Shown piece by piece: positions 12,669-23,978 of a DNA stretch of 64,000 nt; within the stretch, counting starts at the first letter, position 1, and every line of letters starts with the position of its first letter. Origin of the DNA: Trichodelitschia bisporula (lineage: Eukaryota); contig ML996702.1 of assembly GCA_010356995.1 (NCBI GenBank), positions 310,001-374,000 on the forward strand. The letters run 5' to 3'. Position numbers and translations under genes: made by a program. Under the pieces are notes generated by a model, which did not search any database, was not told the DNA's origin, and worked only from the letters and a program-made list of their open reading frames with translations.

Positions 12669-15210
12669 ATGGCCGAAGTCGACATGTCTGTCAGTTTTGG
12701 GGCTGAGCTGAAGGTACCGTTGTCAACAAGAAGACTCCTCCGTAACCGCTGCTAATATCGTGGAGTAGGACGGATTCAAGCCGGTGAATTCATGGGTTCG
12801 TCCCCTCTATTCTGGTGGTTCTTGGTCTTCTGAGCATTATCGGCATTGTTCAGGGACCGCCCTCGGACAGCTGGACTGGAGGCTAACGGCGCTCGAATAG
12901 GTCTCCGGCGGCATTGCGTGGCTCGACGACATTCAGCAGTTCTATAGGGAGCGCAGCACAATAGAAAAGGAATATGCGACCAAACTCAATGCTTTAGCAA
13001 AGCGCTATTTCGAGAAGAAGGCGAAGAAGGCGAGTGCATTGAGCGTCGGTGAGAACCCAGTCGTCACGCCGGGTTCTTTGGAGAGGCAAGCATGTGCATG
13101 CGGAGATGCTTCCAGCAGCTAACCTATGTCTTAGTGCGTCAATGTCCACCTGGACCACGCAGCTCAACACCCTGGAGCAACGAGCCGCCGAGCATGACAA
13201 GTTTGCGACCCAACTCGTCACCAGCCTTGCCGACCCCCTGAAGGTCCTAGCCGCCCGGTATGAGGAACTGCGCAAACTCCACGTGGACTATGCCGGCAAG
13301 CTAGAGAAGGAGAGGGACGGTTCTTATGGGGAGCTCCGGAAGATGAAAGGCAAATACGACACAGTCTGTCAGGAGGTTGAGAACCGGCGGAAAAAGATCG
13401 ACGGCGCATTTGACGGCGGCAGGTCGAAGGCGCAGATAGCCTACCAACAACAGTTGGCTGAGATGCACAATGTCAAGGTATTTGCGCGCGGTCCCTTGTT
13501 GTCAATTGCTGATAATCTAGAATACGTACATAATCACCATCAACGTTACGAACAAGCAAAAGGAAAAGTACTATCATGAATACGTTCCTGAACTGCTTGA
13601 TGTAAGGCTACCTCTCTTGATTCCTGAATATCACGCGCTTACACACGGCAGAGCATGCAGGACCTTAATGAAACCCGAATCTCCACATTGAACGCTGTCT
13701 GGTCCTTAGGCGCCCAAATCGAGACTTCAATGCTCGGCCACAGTACAGATCTGCTCAACCACCTGTCATCCGAGATTCCTCGGAACAAGCCAGTCCTTGA
13801 CTCCATGATGTTTGTGCGCCACAATGCCGCAAACTGGCAGGAGCCTCCAGACATGGCCTTTGAAGCCAGTCCTGTGTGGTTGGACGACGACAATATTGCC
13901 GCCGACGATGCCGCGAAGACCTTCCTGCGTAACGTTCTACTTAAGAGCAAAGGCCAGCTCTCCGAGCTAAGAACAGAAGAGAGTACGAAAAAGCGAGAGG
14001 TGGAGGGTGCGCGTCGAGTGCGAAAGAGTGTGCGCGAAGGCAAGGACAAGCGAGATGAAGTGGAGCTTGTACGGGCGATATTCAGCCTACAAGAGGCGTT
14101 GCACGAGGTTGAACGCCGCAAGGTCACTGTTGAAGTGGAAATTTCGACTATCACTTCCGCCGTCGGGGACGTCAGCATTGGCGCACGGAACCACAATTTC
14201 AAATCGGAGACCTTCAAGATCCCCACCAACTGCGACTACTGCGGCGAGCGAATCTGGGGTATCAATGCCAAGGGGTTCAATTGTCGCGCCTGCGGCTTCA
14301 CTTGCCACAGCAAGTGTGAAATGAAGGTTCCCGCAGACTGCCCGGGAGATCAAAACAAGGAAGAAAAGAAGAGGCTTAAGGTCGAGCGGCAAGCTGCTGC
14401 ACATGTGGCTACAGCAACTGTCCCCACCTCTGATTCGGCCAGTGATATGCCTCGAATGAGTCGCAGCGATACGATGAACACGCTAAGCTCTGGCTTCTCA
14501 GCCACAGGAGGGCACAGGTCCATGTCTGGAAGCGCGTCTGTTGCAGCGGAAGAAGAGCCTAAGCCGACTGCGAAACCTGTCGCTGGTCGTAGGCGTATTG
14601 CTGCGCCTCCACCAGCGCAGTATGTCAGCGACGCGACGAATGGGTCCTCCGAAGCGGCTAAACCGCGTGAACGAGAGTTGAGGGGGCGCATGCGGTACCC
14701 ATATCAGCAAAACGGCGAGGGCGAGATAAGCGTAGAGGATGGGAAGGAGGTCACCATCCTCGAACCAGATGGTAAGGCGCCCTTTATGTCGTTAGAATGC
14801 ACTGACATTGCTCCGTAGACGGCTCAGGCTGGATGAAGGTCCGGTTCTACCTCAACGAAGGCCTCGTCCCGGCCTCTTACGTCGAGATCATAACCAGCAG
14901 TGCACCTACACTCTCTGCCAACCGCCCGGGCTCCACACACTCAAATTCCTCGATCTCGATTTCAGGGAGCATGCACGCCCTCGGTGGCAAGAAGAAGGGA
15001 CCCGTAGTGGCACCCAAGCGCGGAGCTAAGAAGCTCAAGTACGTGGAGGCGCTCTACAGCTACGAGGCGCGGTCGGATGCGGAGCACGACATGGTCGAAG
15101 GCGAGCGGTTCGTGCTGATCAGCAAGGACTCTGGAGATGGATGGGCCGAAGTTGAGAAAGGAGGCGTAGTAAAGAGCGTGCCGGCGAACTACATTCACGA
15201 AGTCGCGTAA
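12669..15210 (+). CDS. BZZ1: Bzz1: F-BAR, C1 zinc finger and two SH3 domains (actin patch/endocytosis)
   Basis: ATG at 12669 'MAEVDMSVSFGAELK|DGFKP..GIAWLDDIQQFYRERSTIEKEY'; C1 'HNFKSETFKIPTNCDYCGERIWG...CHSKC'; SH3 motifs 'GLVPASYV' and 'ALYSYEA...VPANYI'; several introns, including GC-AG at 13086-13134. Confidence 0.95.
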
Positions 15211-16022
15211 ATAGGGTTAGGGACGTGGTCCGTGTTATGACTGCTATTTGGCGTCTGATTCGGTGTTGGGGGGCTGGCTGGGTGCTTATGCGGGTTTGGA
15301 CAGCATCTTGCATTTCGTCGGGGAAGGCGGTGGGTTGTTGACTTAACGCTGGGCTATGACATAGAGCTCTTTGGGTTATGAGCCAGAGTCAGTGACGACG
15401 TTACTGCTTAGGAGGCAGTGTCCATTGAAGGATCGCATGAGACCTTGCGCAGACTGCGCAGAAGTGGGCGATTTGCTCTGATAGTGATGACTGTATGCTA
15501 CGGGCCGTTACATCGATGTCCAACAAACCTCGAAGACGCTTTAGGCGCGATCAGCGATGTCTTATTCTTTGACGAGGCTGAGTCCAACATGCCTGTGAAA
15601 CGGAAGCCAAGGATCCGTACCTTGGCGAGTAGATCGATGCTACAACCTGTCGTCATTGACCCGCCACTAAACATAAGCGGGAAGTATGCGCCATTCACAA
15701 CTTGCCGATGCGAGGCTGCGGGGAAATCGGGCGGGTATCGGATCTGATCGGCTTCTCCTTCGATTCTTCGCCATGTTGGTGATGACGAGCTAGCCTCTGC
15801 TACACCAAACATGACGCCGAGGTAGCAGTACATCGCATCATGGATGACGCTCACATTCTCTGCTTTTGGAGACGCTGGGACTGTCAATCAGAACTACAGA
15901 GATGACGTTGTGCGGTTATAGATTGCCATAAAAGGAGCCTACAGCTGAAGCTATTAGATCACAAACACAGCTCATCTCCAAACCACTTCGATACTCTTTC
16001 ATCTTCTACTATCAGCATCACA

Positions 16023-16336
16023 ATGAACAATATGCAAGGTAGCAGCGGAATGCCCGGCGACACGCACACTCAGAACACCAACATGGGCCAGAAGGCCGAG
16101 GGCATGATGGGTCATGAACATCATGATCAGGTCAGTCTCACTCTGTCGAACAACTCCTCCTTGAGTCGACTAACGCTTTAACTCAGTCCACAAACCAGTC
16201 TCACGCCAAGGGTGGAGGTGCTGCATCCATCGTGCCACAGAAGATCCAGGAGAAGCTGCCAGAGAAGATCGAGCGCGCAGTGCCGAATGCTATCCACGAT
16301 ACGGGCGACACCGGGGGCCTGCACAGGAAGCAGTAG
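16023..16336 (+). CDS. 85-aa hydrophilic small protein (hydrophilin/stress-protein-like), two exons
   Basis: Exon 16023-16130, intron 16131-16186 (GTCAGT..CTAAC..CAG) and exon 16187-16336 give MNNMQGSSG...HHDQ|STNQSHAKGGGAASIVPQKIQEKLPEKIERAVPNAIHDTGDTGGLHRKQ*. Good start context (ACAATG) and CATAAAA about 95 nt upstream. Confidence 0.8.
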
Positions 16337-17327
16337 AGTTTTATTAGTCTACAGTTATCGTCCTCGGAATACGTTGTTTCATAAAGTATGATGATATCGT
16401 CAATTGATGCTCTCCGTGTCAATATCAAAGTGATTCCGGAACCATATGGATGGCCACTCTGTGCCGATTCCATGTAGAAAACGGTGCATCGTGTCGTAGA
16501 ACCAGAGACCCATCATTCCAGTAGACGTTGCTGCAGGCTGCCAGAATCTCTTTGCGAGATAGTACGCGTCTCGCGGTGTGTTGTCCAGCACTGAAGTCGA
16601 CGGTAGGCCGCCGGACTGAGTGATAACGCAAAGGAGCCATTACTTTCATAAGCGAGTAATGCTGATCTGGATTAGCACCTATGGTTCTTTCAGCGAGGGT
16701 GATCGAGATCTCGATGAAAAGGCTAGCATTAACGAGTGTGTATGGTTTGGCGTCCTGACCGTGGTTGTAGAAGGGTATCACAGCCCGTCCTCCAGCGAGA
16801 GTGCGACTCCGGTGACTTGGCAACAACCCGCGTCGTCGGACGACAAACACTCAAGCGCCCAACTCATACCGTAGTAGGAACCACAATTTCGACCACCCAC
16901 CTCTCGATTTCTACGCCTATCCCGCTCTCAATACGCGATACGCTAGCAGCAAAGCCTGTTACGTGTGCTTTCGAACCGTTTACCCTTCCGGACCCTCTGC
17001 GGCGAACGGAGGTCCCTCCTAACCGCGCGCCGCTGCAACAAGCTGGCTCCTGCCTGAAGTCCAGAGCCATATTCTGTGGAAATCTATTGACCAACCTTCT
17101 CCAAAACTGTGCAGAGTACACACCAACTCGAAGCGTCTTAACTGAGTTCAAGCGCCCTCACCACCTAGGGCTCGTGTCGAAGCTTCCCTTAGTCCTCCGC
17201 AAGGCACTGCCATCCAATACCTGTTGTCACCCTTGCTCACGACTGAAGGCGCGCTTACTGCTCCTACCGAGCCCCCTTCGTCTACAACCTCTCTACCCCG
17301 CCTGTGTCCCGGACACGCCCAGACAAC

Positions 17328-18161
17328 ATGAACAGCTATACCAACTTCATAGATCAGCCCGGCGGCGCCGCACGTCAAGCACCACAACCCCAGCAAGCCC
17401 CACAGATGAACGGCTTAAGCGGGCAGCGACACTGGCCCGACCTAGGCGCGCAGATGGACATGAACGTACTGTGGGATTACATCAACAGCCTGGCGCAGAT
17501 GCACGAGGGCATCCGGGCGCAAACGCAGACGGTACTCAGCGGCGTGCAGCAAATCCAGGCGCGCGCGGCGCAGGACGGCTCGGATTCCAATGTGCAGCAG
17601 GTTAATGGAGCGCTGAACGGTACGTTCGCGGGCTCGGGGCATGCTGAGGCTGACGGGGCTGAAGCTGTGGGGGTTACGCCTCAAGCGACCGAGATTGCGC
17701 GACTCCAGAGCGAACTCGCGAATGCGCAGGCGACTATCACGGCTCTTCAGGCGCGCGACAGTAGCCTCACCAATCTGCTTAACGACTATGAACAGCATGT
17801 TACCGCCATCTTGGAAAAACTCCGCCCGTACGCGCACCAGCAGCAGCAGGCGTCGATTATGCAGAAGGCGCACTATCTGAAGCTCATCGAGGACGAGCGG
17901 CAGCAGAACCTGGAGTTGCGGTTGGAGCAGCAGCGCTGGCAGGCTGGGTTGGGCAATGTCGCGGAGAACTTACGGCTGGCATTGAAGGCGCAGGCGGATG
18001 CAGAGCTGCCGTATGTCAAGAAGATTGCTTCTCTAAAGGCGGAGAATCGGACACTGAGGCGGCTGTGCAACCTTCCGCCGATGGAGGACAGTGACGATGA
18101 CGATGAGGAGGAACCGAATGGGCATGACGATATGCATGGTCAAGAGCATCGCCTCTGTTGA
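17328..18161 (+). CDS. Small coiled-coil protein, probably SIKE/FGFR1OP2/Far3-like (STRIPAK-associated)
   Basis: 'MDMNVLWDYINSLAQMHE' N-terminal helix, then a long coiled coil 'HYLKLIEDERQQNLELRLE...LKAENRTLRRL' and an acidic tail. The family call is from recollection. Confidence 0.55.
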   Translation: MNSYTNFIDQPGGAARQAPQPQQAPQMNGLSGQRHWPDLGAQMDMNVLWDYINSLAQMHEGIRAQTQTVLSGVQQIQARAAQDGSDSNVQQVNGALNGTFAGSGHAEADGAEAVGVTPQATEIARLQSELANAQATITALQARDSSLTNLLNDYEQHVTAILEKLRPYAHQQQQASIMQKAHYLKLIEDERQQNLELRLEQQRWQAGLGNVAENLRLALKAQADAELPYVKKIASLKAENRTLRRLCNLPPMEDSDDDDEEEPNGHDDMHGQEHRLC

Positions 18162-18778
18162 TATCTTGAGTTTTGGCGAACGGGTCAAATCTGGAGCTGG
18201 CGTTGGTGGTTTGAAGGGAATGATCATCGCGGCATGGGAGGTTGGAAGACAGATTACCCACGGTTTACGCTGGAGTTTGTGTTTTGAGCGTCCTTATCTC
18301 GAGGTTTCTATGCACACATGCCGGAGAATGGATCCTGAATCTGTATACTCTTCTTGCACAGGTACGTGGATGAACAGCCTGCGGTTCACAACAGTGGGCT
18401 CGGACTGAGAAGCATCAAACTTAACTGGATCTTCACCCAACGCACGCAATCGAGTCGTTCTCCCGTTCCCTAGTGGCATTGTGCCTTGGTATTTGAACTG
18501 AATGTTGCCATAAATCGCATTTGCCCTCCCATATGTACAACATCAAGATGTTTCCATCAACCTTGAACCGGCATCTCAGCCCCAAGATCATGATATGCCA
18601 GGTTGCATCGCGTCTGCCGCCAGAGTCTATCTCTACCGGAATGCGAGTTTCGAAGGGGTATACCGCCCATCCCCGGTCCTCCAGCCCCATAAACACCTTT
18701 GCTAGCAAAACAAACCCTTATGCCCACCGGAACTCCACGCGATAGCCGATCAAATGCCCAAACTCCATCTCATCCTCC

Positions 18779-19171
18779 TCAAATGATGTCTCCAGGAACC
18801 GGCGGCAGGGGCTTGTCAGGCAGCGGCCGTTCGGGCAAGGGTTTTGTGCTGCGGCCGAAATCGATGCTGTCGTCGCGATAGACTTCCTCCTCCTCATCCT
18901 CTTCTAACAGCTCTTCCTCCTCTTCGCGCGACAGACGCACATAGCGCCCATTGCCGCTTGTTTTGTATGGGAACCGGCGGCGCGGGGTTTGGCCTCGTAG
19001 TCGGCTCCTGGCACGCAAGGGAAGCTCACCGCGGGCGTATAGCGCGTAAGCAGCGGGGAGCACGCGGTAAAGGATGTAGATGAGGACGATGGCAGCGAAG
19101 ATGGCGAAAAGGCGTAGCGCGGTCCAAGCCGGAGAATTGGAGTTCTGCTCTTCGGGGGAGGGATCGTTCAT
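18779..19171 (-). CDS. Small single-pass membrane protein with acidic stretch and PxxP tail
   Basis: ATG at 19171; TM 'LFAIFAAIVLIYILY', poly-Glu, C-terminal 'KPLPERPLPDKPLPPVP'. Confidence 0.6.
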   Translation of the reverse strand: MNDPSPEEQNSNSPAWTALRLFAIFAAIVLIYILYRVLPAAYALYARGELPLRARSRLRGQTPRRRFPYKTSGNGRYVRLSREEEEELLEEDEEEEVYRDDSIDFGRSTKPLPERPLPDKPLPPVPGDII

Positions 19172-20524
19172 GGCTATCTGGATAGGGGGGAGGAAGCGGG
19201 GGTCCAATGCGGAGAATTGATGAGCTGTGGCAAAGGTGAGGGCAAGGCCCGGAGGAGCGGCGCAAGAAGTGGGATTTCGCACAGGCGGGGTTCCTGGGGT
19301 AATGTGGAAGAATAGAGTTTTGGCGATCGAGGTGGTGCGCTGAACAATGGATGTTGGATGTACTGACACGCAAAGGCTGACGCTTCACGCTTCTCTCCAC
19401 AAAGCGGCCAAGCTCCCTGGCACGCCTGGCTTCTCCGCGCTCCCTTTGCCCCCCTTGCTCCTTCCGGCGGGCTGGTTGAGCCGCGACCGGCCGCCCGGCT
19501 CCGGAAAAACTTCCGCACCACGTGCTTTTTATCACGTGAGGACGTGTTCATGGTGATGCCCTCAACTTTCAACTTCCCTCTGACAGCTTCTTGCCGTCAA
19601 CTTGTTATCTGATCACGTTGCGGATAGTCTGACAACCCCGCGCTATATAGCTAACAGCATCTTATCACCGTATCGAACGGTTCTCCACTGCGTCGCCTAA
19701 GTCGAAGTGCACAGTGGTTCTCGTTGCAACACTACTAGTGAATCGGCTTCATCACTGACATCTTCATCTTGGCTGCCATCATTTTCGTTGCTAGATGGAG
19801 CGGTAGAATCACAAGGCTTTGGCCTGCGCTACCGTCTCTACGTAAGGTAAATGTAGCAGGCTCTTGTCTTTCATTAACCATAACTTGCGTGCCGTCCGTC
19901 CACGCCTCAATTGCAGGACGCAGAACCGTCCCATGATCAGAATGCAATTATCCAAGCACAGGCAAATGCGTTGAGACTGGGCAGTCATTGTCAGCAGAAT
20001 GACACTAGGTGCGTCCAACCGTTTAAGTACGGTCTGGACAACGCTCCGGAGGGAATCAAGTCCATCCGCCGACACTATCAGATCTGCCCTCTGCCAGGGG
20101 TCACCACGATTCATATATTGCAGATCCCGCAAAGTCGTCTCCTTTCGGTCCTAGATCGATCACTCCGTTGGGCGCCGGGTCCATTTTGCTGCATCTTCAT
20201 TTAGTCGATCCTTGTCCCGTTTCGTTCTCTCTCTAGCCCTCAAAGCGACAGCCTCGCGAACAAGTCGTAGAAGGGCATTAAGCGAAAACGGATGCGTTCG
20301 CCAATATATTTCCGGTTGTGCTCATTACCCAGCAGACTCGACCGGGAACGAAGCTGTCAACGGGCTTGACGGGTCTGGTCTCTCATATTGCTCATCTTAG
20401 GAATGCTTTTATCATGCGCACCACCCGCACTCTGCGCGCCTTTCTCCAGGGCACCCTCATTTGCATATTGTCGTTCACTAGTAGCCTACGGGTCTGACTT
20501 TTCCGACTTTCGGCCGCTTCAGAC

Positions 20525-21572
20525 ATGCGGAACTCAATCATCGCCATCGGCTTGTTTGCAAGCGCTGTGTTCGCAGCCCCCAATGCAGCTCCAGTCCCGC
20601 AAGGCAAGGGCCTTGGCGGTTGCAAGAAGGTCACATTGATTTTTGCCCGCGGTACGACTGAAATGGGCACCATGGGTTCCACCGTCGGTATGTGAGCCTT
20701 GGGTTTGACTTGCGGTGTATTTCAGAGCGTCCTGGGCTCTCCATGGCGCTGTTCCACTCAAACTCATTTTGCTGACCTTTGTTACAAGGCCCGGCACTGC
20801 AAAGAGCGTTGGAGGGCAAGTTCCCAGGCCAGGTCAAGGCTGAAGGCGTGAAATATCCCGCCGACATGGGCGGCGCCGTGTCGGGTGCCATCAACCCCTC
20901 AGGCTCGGAAGGTGCAAAGCAAATGGCAAAGATGGCTAAAGAGGCCCTCGCGGCCTGCCCCGATACCAAGATCATATTGAGCGGCTACTCTCAGGGCGCG
21001 GAGCAGGTGCATGGTGCTCTTATGAAGACGAACTTGGGAGAAGATGGCGCAAAGATTGCCGTACGTCAAGATGCTCCTTTCTTGTGTGAACTTACTAAGA
21101 TGGCTTCAAGGCTGCGATCACATACGGAGATCCCATGGCTGGTCCTACGACGAAGATGATCGGTGGCACCTGGGGATGCTTGCCGGAGTCACGCTCCAGG
21201 GTTTTCTGCAACAAGGGTGATGGCGTGTGTACCGGCCAGTTCTCCATCTCCGCAGCTCATCTGAGTTACACGGGCAACGGCGATATCAATAAGGGCGCGG
21301 CTTTTGCCGCGGAAATCGTTAGCAAAGGCCAACTAGGCGCTTCGCCCGAGGGTTGCAAGTACGGCCCTACGGGACCTGAGCTGCAGGCTCTGCTATGCGC
21401 CAACCCTCCAGCAGGAAAGGGAGGCGCCAAAGGCGCCAAAGGCAAAGGAGGCTTTGGAGCTCTCTTCCGGAGACAGTCAAAGGGCAAGGGAGGGGGCACG
21501 CCTAAGCTGAGTTGTCCTCCGAAGGATGGTGCGGCTCCTGCTGCTGCTGCCCCTGGGGCAGGTGGCGAGTGA
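20525..21572 (+). CDS. Secreted cutinase (CE5) with C-terminal Gly/Lys-rich extension
   Basis: Signal peptide 'MRNSIIAIGLFASAVFA', 'LIFARGTTE', 'GYSQGA', 'YGDP', 'CNKGDGVC', 'AAHLSY'; introns 20688-20788 and 21061-21110. Confidence 0.93.
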
Positions 21573-21829
21573 TGCAGGTGAGGATTAGACGGCATGAAAG
21601 TAGGAGAAATAGAAGTTGTGTTCTGCCATCACAGGATAAGCAAAATGAAGTCATGATCTTAAGGCACCTAGTTGAGGCTAGCGGCGCTTTGTCTCAGCCT
21701 TATGTGGGTTGCTAGGATGTTAGCGCGCCATTCCCCTCACCCTCGGCCCTGGCGATCTGTACTCACCTCATCCTCTAAACAACTATTCAGACAACTATGC
21801 ATACATCTATACATTAGCGTCTTGTAGTC

Positions 21830-23733
21830 ATGCACTTCAACTCTCTTCAAGCCGTGCTCCTGTTGGCGCTATTACCCCATACTCTTGGTCAAGTCGAGCC
21901 TACTCGCGTATACTTGCCACCCCCAGCCACCTCAGCAACTGCTGCCTCCGACCCCTCCAACCCTGTCAATGAACAATGGAACAACATTTTAGGCAACGCA
22001 TTGTACTTCTTCGATATCCAGCGTTCCGGTCGTCTGCCGGAGAACTTCCGCGTCGACTGGCGTAATGACAGCGTGCTTGCTGACGGGAGCGACGTGGGAC
22101 TGGACCTCTCTGGAGGCTTCTTCGACGCAGGAAACTATATCAAGGCACGTGCTTTTCTTCCTGGATTTGTTTATATCTCATCACTCAAGCTAATGCCTCC
22201 TCCAGGCGACTCTCCCGCTTTGCTGGGTGGTGACTCAGTTATCATGGGGTGCGGCCATGTTCGGTCGGGGCTTCGATGCCGCAGACCAAACAGCCTACCT
22301 GGACGAAACGCTTCGCACCGGCCTGGACTGGCTGCTCGAAGCCTCATCAAAAGACGGCGAACTGGTCGTCCTCATCGGCAACGAAGACTCCTACTGGGGC
22401 GGTGACCTTTCCATCCCATCTAAACGCCCTTCATTCCGGGTTACCCGCCAGAAGCCCGGCACCGATGTCTTTGGCTCCTGCGCAAGTGCTTTTGCCAGTG
22501 CTTCCCTCTTATACAACGGCACTGCACTTCCTTTGAGCCGCTCGGAGAATGGAACAGTACCGTCGTTGAAGAATTCGACATACGCGAAGACTTTGCTTGA
22601 CCGGGGGAAGTCGCTCTTCGAACTAGCGAAAACAGCTACTCCCCAGCAGGTCTATCAGAAGGCGACCGACGGGGTGGAATGGGCGTACGCAAGCTCGGAT
22701 TTTGTTGATGAATTGGTTTTCTCCTCTACGGTCAGTCACCCTGAGTACTTTCTGCATGCACAGTGTTCACTCTTCCTAGTTCCTCGCGCTGGCAACAGGG
22801 GACAAGACATACGCAGACTATGCACAGCAGACATATAAGTCAAGCGGCTACCCAGTTACCGATGGTGCCGTCAACTGGGACCAGCGCGCACCCGCAACAC
22901 CGTTCCTACTAGCCCAGCTCGCACTTTCCCAGCCCAACCTAGGCGTCGATTTCTCCAAGTACCAATCCGATACCGAAGGCTGGATGGACCGCATCACCGG
23001 CGGCATCATGTCCAAAACGCTCACCACCAAAGGCGGCCTCTTCTGGTTCGAAGGTGACAGCGACGCCGCCAGCCTCAATCCCGCGCTGAACGTCGCGACC
23101 ATCATGCTCATGTACAGCGGCCTCGCCTCCTCGACCTCGAAATCCACGCGCTACCGCACTTTCGCCCAATCCCAGATCGACTACGTGCTGGGCAAGAACC
23201 CGATGAACGTCGTTTACCCGGCTGGCACGCACCCCAACAGCCCAAAGAACCCGCAGTCGGCTCTTGCCAGCGGCGGCTCGGACGCGGACAATATCGACAA
23301 CGACCCGCCGGTCGAGGCTCATGTTCTGTATGGCGGTGTCGTCGGCGGCCCGGATAAGAACGATATGTACTACGACCAGCGCAGCGACTGGAAGCAGACC
23401 GAGGTGGCGCTTGATTACCAGCCGCCCCTGCTGATTATCGCCGCCCATCAAATCGCTACGAATGCCTCGGATCCTTACTACGTCAAGGGTATGGGGGCGG
23501 TTGTGACGCCAACGAAGGGTGGGAGGGGCAGCGGTGGTGAAGGTGGGGGGCTTAGTACGGGCGCTAAGGTCGGGATTGCTGTCAGTATCGTTGTTGGTGT
23601 ACTCCTTTTGGCGGCTATTGCCTTCTGGAAACGGAATCAGATTCTTGTACTTTGCGGACGAGGGAGATCTGACAAGAAGATTAGGCATACTCGTAGTGCT
23701 TCCGGAGAGAGGCTCAATCTTGGATCGATGTAA
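21830..23733 (+). CDS. Glycoside hydrolase family 9 (endoglucanase-like), signal peptide plus C-terminal TM anchor
   Basis: 'ALYFFDIQRSGRLP...WRNDS...DLSGGFFDAGNYIK', 'PGTDV', 'QIDYVLGKNP', 'LYGGVVGGP', 'TEVALDY'; introns 22145-22205 (GC-AG) and 22731-22779; TM 'VGIAVSIVVGVLLLAAIAFW'. Confidence 0.92.
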
Positions 23734-23978
23734 AAGCGCTGCAGCTCCGCTGCTTCGTTGCATTTCTGTGGGGGCATTGGGAAGGAGTTGGAGGCCATAT
23801 TTGACCAGATCTTTTGCATATCACGGCTGTGGTTGGGTTCATTGGTGCCAGTTGAGTACAGGGCACATTTCGCCGTATCTCTTTCTTTGGGAGCGTTATC
23901 CTTTGTAAGTTTATTAATGAAAGTATCATTCTGATTTACCTAAATCGAGAGCGACCATCCATCACCCATCTAGGCCGC

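Noticed and set aside
16736..17605. 289-aa ORF overlapping the SIKE-like gene
   Set aside because: Non-ATG start, no protein-like composition, out of frame with the better-supported gene.
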